A stretch of DNA of 62,920 nt, counting the filler, from Kipferlia bialata (Eukaryota), in assembly GCA_003568945.1 (NCBI GenBank). It is 2 parts of 2 records of this genome, joined end to end, with 100 filler letters (N's around TTAATTAATTAA, not from the genome) between each part and the next. Parts side by side here need not be neighbours in the genome. Positions count along the whole stretch, not along the records: positions 1 to 31,456 come from BDIP01000107.1; 1 more part is not named here. One strand, 5' to 3'. The notes beneath the pieces were generated by a model. The model was not told where the DNA came from. It made no database searches and saw nothing but the letters and a program-made list of their open reading frames with translations. Shown in pieces: positions 11,301 to 23,500 of this stretch. A program made the translations under genes and the position numbers. Every line of letters begins with the position of its first letter. Position 1 is the stretch's first letter.

Positions 11301-14252
11301 GTTATCACTATCACTAGTCCTTTCTTCTTATTTGCCCTCCCCCACCCCAGATGTTGGTCAAGGACTGGGTGCTGAGGGGTGCCCGTATGTGTGACCTGAG
11401 GGCACAGCTACAGACACCAGAGGGGATGCGGTATGGCTTACTACATTGACGTATCTCTCACTGACTTATCGTTGACTACTTGTGTCTGACTTAAGTCTTG
11501 TCTCGTCTGAACACACGTCCATACCAGGCCTGCCAGAGCTGGTTAACTCGATGCTGGAGGTTGGTGACGGAGTAGTCAAACAGTCCATTAGACAACATGT
11601 GTGGCAGTACGTAGTAGATTGTTGGGCAATAATCCACTTCCATCTCCTCATACCAGTACAAGCCCAGAGACCGGCCCTCTTGTGAGGAGCTGCTGCTATC
11701 TCTAGACAGCATTAAGGCTAGAATGGTACGTTAGTGTATTGTCGTCACCCCTCTTTGTGAAAGTCTGTGTGCTCAGATACCACACATTTGGTATATACCT
11801 ATTCAATACGATATCACATTTAAACTGTAATAATGTCTTTTGGCCAGACTCATTTCTCGAAGTGTTGTCATATTGTACTCGTGCTATTAGTGTATGCAGT
11901 CTCCATATGTATAGGCAACGCTCACCCTCCAGGCTGTCGAGCATCTGGCCAGACTGAGTGAGAGAGTGTGCTACTGGGACAGACAGTACCAGCACCTCAC
12001 TGGACGGAGTGAGTGCCCTCACATAAGGTACAGGAGATACACTTGTACGGTACTGAAGCTTGGTTAGATGAGTCTTTACCATATTCACCATCCAGGCAGT
12101 TACTCCTGCCAGCAAAGCCCCCCAACCCTGACTCTCTGTTCAGTGGTACAGAGCTGGAGGGTCTAGGGATAGAGGACAGCATGGATGCACGTGCTGCTGC
12201 CCTGGGCGAGAGAGAGGCAGCCGTTGATAGCGGCAGACTGCCAATCAGTGAGTGGAAGGAGGCTATCTCACGTCTGAGGGACCAGGAAGAAGAGGGACTT
12301 AAGAAGTACGTAGAGGACAAGAGAGGGTGGAGAAGGCCCATAAGAGAACAGGTATGGTAGTGAGATATAATGTATGGTAGGCAGACTGTATGTGAGCTCT
12401 CTCAATACCCCATACCCCTGACCCTCAAGTGCATTGACCACCTGTACTCGCTGGATGTGATGGTGCAGCACATAGACAGGCAGCACATACTGCTGTCGGG
12501 AGACAGTTGTGAGTACATTAGGTAGGATCTCTTGTAACGTCACTATATCAGTGACATATAGTCACTGACTATCCTATTTGTATGTCAATCATTGTGTAGT
12601 CGAATCGTGCTAGTCTCAATCTCAGGGACCTTCAGACTAAAGCTGGGAGAAAACACTCCTATCTTCCATGTGCCAGACACCACATTGCCACAGAGGAGGC
12701 TAAGATGGCCGAGAGACGCCGTCTCTACTACCCGCAGGTACGAATATCGAGTAAACTATTTGTCTTTACCACACTAAAACGGGTGTCTATCTGCAAAGTA
12801 GTATGCTCTCTGTTCCACTAACCTCAGAGAGGGATGCCTGGCCCAGATGGGGACTGGCTATCGAGAGTCACACGTTGTGCCGAGGGGGAGAAGGAGAGGA
12901 TTCGGAAGTGTCACGAGGCATCTGAGCCTTCAGAGGACTCCTTCTTTGCTATGGATCCCCTGGACGCTGTTTCAGATGATTGGCCTGTATCATCTGACAC
13001 TGACACAGAGACTGAGACTGAGACTGACCCCTCAGAGGACGAGTCATCTTCTGACCACAACAGCTACCAGAACAACCTGGAGGATGCCACGCCTGGACTC
13101 GTTGCACTGATATCAGGCGGAGAGAAAACACTCACGCCCAAGGTTATCTCTTCCAGTGTGTCAGTCCCCAAGGACACTGCTCCCCAACAACATGAAGCTG
13201 CTCCCGCCACGACTCTCTTCCGGCCCATGCGTAGGACTCCTGCGCGACTGTACTCTGAAGAGCTTGCGGAGCAAAAGGGAATATCGCACCTGTCCCTGCG
13301 AGGTCTGGATAGACCCCTCAGAGCTAAAGGGTTCAGAGACATGTGTGCACACATCAGAGCAATGGTGCGCAAGGAGGTGAGAGAGCGTATCTTATACTGT
13401 AATAGGCTATTCAATAGCTCCGAGTCCAGTGTATTCATAACTTGTTAGATAACTCCCGTCTCCTAATGGAATATGTGCTGTATTTACCTCTGCGAGGAGA
13501 GCTATACAATACCAATTAGGTATTCTCAATTGCTCTATTGCTTACCTCCAGCCAGGAGTGTTCAACCACGTCTCCTCCCTCGATCTGGGGGGCAATGCAA
13601 TCACCACACTGGGACTCAGGGAGGGGGGTCTGGTGGAGCTCCTCGAGTGCTTCCAGACAGGTATGTATATATATATGTGTGTGTATATACATGTATACAC
13701 ATATACGGCACAATCCTGTTTTGACAGTTGCGGTCCCACTGTAGATGGTGTTCATCTCTCCCTCTCACTCAGTGATGGCTGTCAATCTACAGGGGAACAA
13801 CATGACAATGCCTGGCATGAAGGAAATGGTGGCGGTATGGAGTCTTATTCTCCCCTGGTACTATTTGTTTCCTTGATGCAATCTCATTTCTCTTCCGCCA
13901 GAAACAAGCGTATTATAAGAGTTTACCCATCCAACATCAGCAAATCCGCATGTCAACTCGTGCTGGAAGGATCAGAGTGAAGGAGTACATCTACATGGAG
14001 TCTAGGTATACAAACTGATACAGCGATCTTGTAATCCATTTCAATGTAAATAGTAATACTATGGTAGTCACAATCCCTTCGCATACAATAGTAACTCTCT
14101 CTGAATCGAGATTACTGTATAACTGACTCGATTCCGCTCACACCTCACACCTTAGAGACGAGATGCTCCCCGTCACTGCCAATGCCGTGGTCAGCGAGGC
14201 AGCTGCTCTCTGGGGAAGCCTCGGCAACCCAGGACTGCTATCTATGTTCTGA
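8316..14252 (+). CDS. Ser/Thr protein kinase with very long activation-loop insert, two unfamiliar repeats and C-terminal leucine-rich repeats (more than 25 exons; start codon not located)
   Basis: Exons give YLGEGSFGIVVK (8316-8388), AERDGHPYAIKVVQTRHK, NIERELTALQ, IVMDYLEG, IIHRDIK|PDNIIV, WVDL|GLAR, GCETYNAPE, GFPSDVWALG, LVNSMLE and YKPRDRPSC. The LRRs read LDLGGNAITTLG and VNLQGNNMTMPG. The terminal exon ends GLLSMF* (TGA 14250-14252). Confidence 0.88.
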
Positions 14253-14574
14253 TTTGCTGGTGGGAGAATAGCAACCAAATAGAGTTCCTTGAATACAAGT
14301 TGGTTTCGACGATATGCGTGGTACTCCAATGTTCAGAGAGTTAACCTCATCCTTGCGAAAAGTTCTAATCACTGAGTCATTACTTTCATCAATACAATCA
14401 GTGTGTTCTGCAACAGGAGAATGATTTTATCTACCCTCAGTATATGGTCCTATTGGGCCGTCCATGGATACTTATGGAGGTAGAAGTGTTCTGCTTGTAC
14501 GACATACACGAGGAGTACCCTCAGTGTGGTCCCTCATTGCAGCTGCATTTAGGTCTACTTGTAAATCTATTGCA

Positions 14575-17500
14575 CTATGCCGATGTGTCTCTGCTGGTCG
14601 TGCTGAGATGCCTGAGTAGTGGCATCAGAGGTGTTTCATCTAGTACCTCACACACAGCACTCCCGGCCTCCATGATCTCGTACTGGGTGCAGTATATGTC
14701 ACTAGACCCGGTGTGTCCCATGGACAGCTCATCGCTACCCATACGTCTGGCAATTACTGGCACGAGGGCTATCAGGGTTCCTCTATCTTGCTGACACAAC
14801 GCACCCACACGTCTGATGTGATCCCTTGTCAGCTTGGTTGCACCAGTCTCCTGGGCGACAGTGGGTGCAGGGAGTCTGGCATGAAGGCTGGTCACTAGCC
14901 GCAGGACCTGACACACCTCTACGCTAACCAAGTGACGGGAGGTCAGATATGGGATGTGAGTCAACACCCCCTGTCTCTCCAGAAAGCTGAGTAGAGGCAT
15001 GTGGGCATCATCCATTGAGGCAGTGGTGGTGACTGCATTCTCAATGATGCAACACTCCCCTGCTGCCCTTCCAATGTCAGCTAAGGGCACAGCTCCGAGA
15101 GCTTGGGTCACACTATCAGAGAGCGTGGGCACAGGATTAGGCGGGTCGCCTGCCCCCTCATACTCCTTCACCCACTGCAGACATCCTTGTGGGTGCCGGT
15201 GAGGAAGCTGAAAGGGACTGTCCTCTTCACTGAGGAGTACAAGACTGTTGAAGCCAGAGAGGATGTTGCACATGGAGAGGGTCCTAGATGCTTTCACTGA
15301 GAATGAAGGTAAGGGGGTCACTCTTGACACCGTGAGATCTAGGGGTGTTTCCCGAAGAGCCCAGCCTGTGGGACTGACTGTCTCCAGAGTGTCGTCAGGG
15401 ATGCCTATACCTGATGCCACGCATCTAGTTACAGTGTTGAGTGTCCACACCATGTCAGCCAACACATCTTCCATGTGGCTATCACTGTAGACACTCACGA
15501 AGTCTGCGAGGGTCCCTGACAGTGATATAGGCAAGAGAGATATGTCATGGTCATCACATGTCTCGTGGAAGTGGAACTGGAAGGGGAAGGCCTCCACAAC
15601 TGAGTTCCACGCCTCAACGCTCCTTCTGGCCTGGAACAAGTCGCCTCCCTCTTGCACTACGACTGTCTCCAGTGGAAGTGACATGACTGCACTATCTCCT
15701 AGAACTAGCGCAAACCTTAGAGGCTTAAGGACAGTCAGAGGAATAGACAGGAGAGCGTGCAGAACAGACAGAGTCGTGCACCATGCTGCAGCCCTGGCAA
15801 CATCTGGCATGATAGCACCTCCGATGAGTGCAGCTGACCCTGCAGTGCCCAGGTCAGCAGGTACAGATGGCCGTAGCAGTGAGACAAACGCTCTAGGGTG
15901 GCCCTGCTCCTCTGCCTCTGAAGGGTCCAGAGGGAACACAGTGCGGCTGCAGGCAGAGCGAGAGGGTCTTACTGACACCACTTGTCTCGAGAGGTCAATG
16001 GACCGAATGAGCTGCAGCTCCTGCTGGTAACGATCAAATACTGAACCTGAAGCAGTAAGTGACTGGAATAGATTGGCGTGTGTGCGCACTAGTGGAAGTG
16101 CTCTGTCCTGGAGTCTCTGGGTGCAGCATCGTACTCTCTTGACGAGACATGTACGCAGTGCAGGCGACAATGTAGCAGATGCTTCCATAAGAGACAGTGC
16201 CAGTCGCGCAGCTGCAATCACTCCTCTGACTAGTATAACGGTGTCTTGCGAGGTCTGCATATGGGATGTGAACGGGTACATAGAGGCCTGTCCAGTGTAA
16301 GGCGGCACGGCACCATCAACGAAACCTTGCTCCACATCTGTGTAAAAGACGTCGTTAAGAACTCGTTGGGCAGCAGGAGTCCGAGACATGGTAATGGGAG
16401 CTGTGTTTGCTGCCGTTAACATCTGAGGGCACCGCACACACTTGGTGTGGCCAAGCTCCCCAACTGCACCAGTATCTCCGTTTTGTATACACCCCACAGT
16501 GAATATGATCTCCCCACAAGTGTGCCGTCGGGTGTATGAGGTTCGAGCACCATCTGTTGAGGCGCTGTTTCCAGCATACACAGCCTTTAGCCACTCAAAT
16601 GGCAGATATGGCAGTAAATCGGACAACAAACGTCTGAGGAGCGATCCATCTGTTGCATGGTAGATTAGTGGAACAACCTCGCCCACCAATGCTATCCCAT
16701 CCAGTCCTACATCTCTGAAGAGAGACACCATTGCATCAGGTGCGTGAGAGGGTCTGGTGGATACATCAGTTGTGGCCATAACCAACCCACGTCTGATCTG
16801 GGCCACAGTCTCATTGGTCTCTCCCTCTGCCTCTCCTCCGAAGGCAGGCATGCTGTGCAGGGCCCAGTCCACAACACCCGTGAGGGGGTACCGCTCAGCA
16901 TAGCTACCTGCAAATATGTCTGTAGCCTCAGCCTGCCCCAGCACAGCTGCTACACGCTCAATGACTCCTGCCATATCCCCCTCATGTCCATGCCTACAGT
17001 GCCAGACAAACGCCATCTGAGCTAGGGTACTGGATCTCACCAGGGCGGCTAGCTCTGGGCTAGAGCCTGCCCCACCTGTGTCATTGGCCACACCCGCTAT
17101 GTATCTGTAGGCACCAGCTGCCACGGCCCATGCAACAGTGAGAGTATTCCCGGAGAGAACTGTGCCCACAGTGGGTAGCAGATCGATAGTACCGCCTTCC
17201 AGCTCCCCACTTTGCATGGCATGTAGCACTGCGTTAGACACATACACCGAGAGTGGTGCGGACACAGGGCGGGTGTCCTGGAGAAGCACAGACAGACTGT
17301 ATGACCGGACAAGCCTCGTGGCAAACACCTGACATTGACGGTTCTTGGTAGGTGGAGTGGCCCTAAGTAGACTGCCGTGTGACTGATCTGTGGGCAAGAG
17401 GGCACACGTAGTAGCAGATTTGATCGTTGGGAGACCCAAAACATGACCGCGGAGCTCCTGTGCTGTCCTGCTGAGTGCCAGTCTACCCCCAATAGTATCG

Positions 17501-20500
17501 GTAGAGAACCGAGAGTACTCACTACAGAGACTGATCACACCACGCACCAGCATGGCGGAGAACTGATCCATAACGGATACACCCTGTGCCTGCATTGGGG
17601 GCCCAATACCGACTGCAGTCTGTATGGCTATCTCAAGCGCACTATATGTCACTGAGGCAGCCTGCTCAGCCCACCGAGTGAGCAACACATGGGTAAGTGT
17701 CATGATGTCAGTAGTACTCAGTGTTCCACACTCTGCGGCAAAGACACAGAGAGAGTGAGGCAGTCTCTCAGCCACAACCTCGGAGTATCGTGGGTCCGTC
17801 ATTGGCAGATCCGCATTCAGCACGACTGTTCTAAGAGCTGTGTATAGTGTCAGTGTGCTGATAGCACGGAGGTCACGGTTCAGCATACTGGCTACACTCG
17901 ACGTGGTGTGGATTCTGCCAGTAGGGACGGCTCCCAGCTCAGTGTTGACAGCGGTAGTGTATGCCTCTCTCTGAGCCGAGTCGGCTTCATCCAACACCCC
18001 ACACAGCAAGCCACAACCTGCCAAACGGAGGAGCAGTGGAGCTATGGCTCGAGTGACAAGACTCTGCAGGACGCTAGAAGTGGCCTGTGCCAGGGAGTTG
18101 AACCCAGCTGGGGAGAGACCGGCGCTGAGTGGTTCTTGGACCTCCAGTCTTCTACATCTCTCCATGGTCTCTCGCACCATTAGGTGAGATAGGAGACTAG
18201 AGTGACTGCGAAGGAAGTCAGTCATGGTCTCAGTGTGATGCAAGGTATGTGAGCTGCCTATATCTCTAAGAGCAACGTGACACGCCCTCTGCAGAACAAG
18301 TCTAACAAGCTGAGTCCACTTGGTGTCTGGATGCTCGACGGTAATGGTTCGGGGGATGTCAAGCTTCGGCTGGGGCTCAAACCTGACTGGTAGGAAGGAC
18401 GGGGTTACGAGGCAGTCAACTACCCACACGTCTGTAGCTACTCCGAGGGTGACACTGCAGCATGCATTGACTACAGCAATCAAGTTGACACCCTTACGCC
18501 TCTGTAGGATCCACTGGCACTGCGATATGAACTGGTGATACCGGCCCACGAAGCACACACACACTGTGTCTTCTGGAATGGCGCTCACTGCTGCTGCAAA
18601 GTCTCTCTCCCTTGAGTGCTGTGCCACAGATACAGTGGCCAAAGACAGTCCTGCTCCTGCAGCTTTGGATACCAACTCATCGGCAGACCCACCGAATCCA
18701 TCCCGGCACTCAGTGTATATGACCACTGGGACACCATTGCGTTGACCGTGTCTGGCTACATGTGCCTGCTCCTCTAGCACTGCATCCAGGACATCCAAAC
18801 ACCCAGCGTAGTAGTCTCCATTGAGCAGTGGGTTCCTCTCTGGGTGGTGCCTATAAACCTTAGAGAGCTGATACTGGTACACATGCCGGGGAGGTATCAG
18901 GTGGGCTACCTGCACCAGCACACCATCCCTGGATGTACTGCCTCCAGAGATGTTGGTCACCTGCCGCCACAGTAGGCTCTGCCGGACATTGTCCACACTC
19001 CCTAGCATAGGAATTCCTCTGACTGCAGAGACTAGAGCTGCAGTATTCCCTCTTGAGTACAGAGTGTCCCGGTCCCCCTGGGTCTCCTCAGACATGTCTA
19101 GCATGACATCACCTACGTCAAGCCTGATCTTCTCCAGTCTGTGTAACAGTGCATCCGCCTCTCTGTCAACCTCTCTCTTTGACATACATATCACCAGTTT
19201 GAAGTCGGGATGGACGGGAACGAATGTGTCCTCGACATTTCCCAGGGCAACTCTGGTATTAGAAGCACGATCATTATTATCTGGTCTACTGCTGAGAAGT
19301 ATGGGTGTAGAATCTCTATACTAGTACCTGCATCTCATGTTGACTCCGTTGGGGGTGCTGAACCTCATATAGTTCTTGTTCAACATGTCATAGAGGGAGT
19401 CCAGCACTTGCTGCTGTGACACCAGAACTACAGTTCCTCCCCTCCTAGCCCCCTCTATGATTCTAGAAAGGGCGGTGAGGGCAGCACTAGCGTCCAGATC
19501 GGCAGGGAAGTACGACCCTCTGAGGATGTCTAGGTTGGCGGCGCGAGATGGGTGTAGGGTGGTGGTGATGGCATCTACGACTATCTCAGGGGACTCAGTT
19601 TGGACAAGGAGGAACCTGGTGTCAACTATAGAGTGTCTATGAAAAGACCGAGTTACGTAGAGGTAACATACCTGCAGCACTCGTGAACATCATTCACAGC
19701 ATCAGCCAGGGCACTGTAGGCAGAACAGTGTTCCATTCTACCCATGTGTGTCCGAGGTTGACTGTGTCTAGATAGAGGAACTCCTATTGCATGTCTAAGG
19801 CAGTTTAACACCGCTGCAGTGGACCTCTCCATACGAGTGGATCTTGCCGCGTTGTTCCCTGTGTATGCTATGCTATAGCACCGATCCACAAGGTGCCTCA
19901 CTACACTCTCTGTGCTAGTGTCTACAGCTCCAGCTACTGCCACCATTCTGTGGGCTAGGAAGAACATGTCTCTAGGGGTCAGTTGGAATCGCATAGGAAC
20001 TGGATTGTTATCTAAACATTACTCACCTCAGTCCAAACAGGCGTCTCCCGACCCTCCCGTTCATGCTATCAACGAGTGCAATGTGACTGTCTGTGAACCT
20101 CTTGACGACATCACTAGGAACAGCAGGTCCTAGGATTGCGCCAACTGTCAGAGACAGGTCCACGTTGGCGGCAAGCCTAGTCATTAGAGTATGTAGGATT
20201 CTCTATATTAGTAGGATAGTGTGACAGGAGAGTCATACCTATACACAACCAACGCTCGGCTAGTAGGCGCAGAGTCAATGCTGTTGTTGGATAGACCAAT
20301 GAACGCAAACTGGAGATTCTCTTGTCCTCCCGGTGGTTCCAGTATGCTGTGCAGGGCCTTCAGTGGGTTGCCTTGTGCTTGAGCCGCACGCCCTAGCTCG
20401 TCAAACACGAACAGGGGGGTAACGGAGTCACTTTCATCCTGATGTCAGTGAGAGTAGAATTCTTATAACATCATAAGAAGTGCTGAATCAAGCATACCTC

Positions 20501-23500
20501 AGGAACCATGTCTAGCACATTACTCTGTACACGCTCAATGCCCTCTGTCGTGCTGTGAATGGTGCCCTGGTATACACACTGCTGCACACGTGTTGGGTAT
20601 ATGTCAAAGGCCCTAGGTGATGATAGGAAGTCATAGCAGACACGCAGCGCAAGGGACTTAGAGGTACCGGGCTCCCCTACAATAATCAGTGGCACCTGAC
20701 TAGTTAGACAGGGCCATCAACTAATTCATATGTACTACTACTACTACTACTACTCATACAAAAATACGCAAGAAGTAATTACCTTTGCCCACACACACAT
20801 CAGGATGGCACAGGCATTCTCACAGAATGACTGGTTCTTTGCTATGACAGGTCCCCCGTGATCTGCAGAGTCATCATGCAGCCAACTGAGGCATACGTCA
20901 GTGCAATCCCCTACTCTTGCCGCAGTAGAGTGTCCAATGGCGCTGGTGACACGCTTGCGTCTCTTGGCATCTGGTATGCGAAGCACGTAGGTGATGTGCA
21001 GAATGAATGACACAACATCCTTCCTTGATAGCGTCTCATCTTCTAACTGCTCAGAGAATGCCACTGTGGCCACGTCATAGAGAGCCAAGAAGCGAACTAC
21101 ATCTCTGGTGTAAGACAATAACAGACTTAGACTATTCTGATTCCACTTAAGACTCACACCTTAGTGACACCGCGAAGGAAAACCCAGTTGAGGCCCCCTT
21201 CGCTGCTTGGTGGGTGCTGATTACCCGCTGCTTGGCTCTGTCACTCAAGTCAGCTCTTTCGAGTATAGCAGTGACATACTTCTCCTCATCCTGGGAATGA
21301 GAGAGAGTGTTCTAGAACCAACAGGTACTGATACTGATATCATAGAGTGACACAGTCACCTGTTGGTTGAGACTTCCAAAGTCTAGCATGTGGCCTAACA
21401 TGGACTGCGGTATGGGGTTGACTCTGAAGACATATGGCACAGTGTGGTGCATGGAACGAAGGATCCGGTTCTCCCTCTTGGTGCTACGTAGTGGGTTGAC
21501 TGCCGTGACTATACTGAGTGAGTCAGGGAATGTGACGCCTCTGAACCTTCTGGCCTGCACTGCAGCTAGGATCTCTGTACTGAAGGGGCTGGCATTGATC
21601 TCATCGAGGAACATGATGTACCTGGCTACATGCACACTCTTTCTACAGGCTGTGTCAAAGAGTGCCACAATAGCAGACTCGGCAGTAGATGCATTGACGG
21701 TAGCGTTGCTGTAGCCGAAATACCCGGGCTGAGAGAAGTGCTGCATCATCTCCAGGTACACAGTAAGGACTGCAGTCTTGCCTGTGCCTCCATCCCCGAT
21801 CAATATCACAGGCCGACGCAGTACAGACCGTGAGTGTATCATACTTAGCTTAAGCACCACGTCAGGAGTGAACTCAAAGGTCCGGATGCTGCTGGTGAAG
21901 CTTGATGCCCCTTGTGATGCCCTGGGACCCAGACAGAACTCAATGATCTTGTGCTTGAGTTCGTCAGCAGACAGAGTGTCGGTAGGAGGGACAGAGCCTT
22001 GGGACTCGAGCATGTTTCTGTAACCCGGTGGCCACTCGAAGTGCGTGGAGCTGAATGCAAAGGGAGTGAAGGATGCATCCAGAGTGAAGTATGTGCAGGT
22101 CAGGTTGGAGTAGCCGACTGGGAATTGAACAACGTCATTGCCTCTGTCAGTTCCCTGACCCCGGCCGGATGCCAGTACCCGTGACTGATTGGAAACAGCC
22201 TGAACTACCGCGTCAATGTTGTAGCGCACCGCATAGGAGAGCATGAAGGAGACAACTTCCCGTCTGGCAGCGAGGCCGTCCTGACAGTCCTGACACCAGA
22301 AGAATGGACAGCGACACACACGCTGGAGGCCCTCCCCGATGGACAACAGTACAGCCTCCACCATGGACCAGAACAGGGCTGGGCACTGTGCCTTGTCGCA
22401 TATCACATTATAGGCATGGGCTAGAACGAGGTCTTTGTCTGTCACACATAGTAACTCAACCAGGCCGCTTGAAGCGCCGTTGTTCTCTAGCACATAAAGG
22501 GCCTGGGCAGCTGTGAAGGCCACTGGAGCGACTGCATGGTTGTACATTGTCACATATCCCTGTTGCACTGGGGGGAAAGAGCATTGTGTGACAGGCGCGG
22601 CAAGCACAGCTGAGTACCTCGCTCCAAACTCTGATACATCACTAGCAATCTCAATGGCAATCGACACTGGTGCCGGCACAATAGCACCTGGAGAACGAAG
22701 GCCTCCCAGGTACTGAAGAGAGAACACAGCGGCTTCTGCAATCCACTGGCCAGGTGTATAGCCACCGTCACCAAGAGGACTTCCAATCTCTACATGTGCG
22801 TAGTATGGAGAGTCAGGCGAGGACAGCTGGGCGGCAATGGAGGCACAGGCCCTGGATAGAGTGGCTGGTCCAGAGAGGTGGAGGACTATGTGGGGATGCT
22901 GAAGGAACTGTCTTGCTGCAATTGTCTTGCCTTGTCCAGGGGTGTCACTGGTGAACACCCTAGCATGACAGTGCCGCCTCATATCGTGCTTTAGCAGAGC
23001 GAGACTCTGGACCGCCAGTTGGTCTATGCTGAGGACTGGGAATGAGAGCGCCACGCTGTCTGGGATGTCTAGCAAGACAATAGGACCATGGTGTCTCGGC
23101 AACGGACACTGTGGGTCCTGGCCAGACAGCAGGGTTCGCATCTGGTCCTGGGTGTCTGTGGCCATCTGACTCGGCAGGGCAACAACGTGACAGGCCTCTG
23201 GAAAGAGAGTGGCGTGTGCCACAATGGCACGGATGTCCTCAATTGTGGACTCGCCACTTCCCAGGTGGACGTTCCTCACACTCAGTAGAGGCAGCGATGC
23301 TGACCGGCACAGGATCTGTACAATGTCCAGTACGTGGGGACCTGTGGCCTCGACAGCAACGGCCATAACAGTAGATGGAGACAGAGACACCGGTGACGAC
23401 AGTGCCTGTGTGACAAATGGGGCCATGTCTGCAAAGTGCCGGTGGTACTGGGCGTATGGGTTGTTGGCCTGGCAGTCGTGTGCCGTCATGAAGGCAAAGC

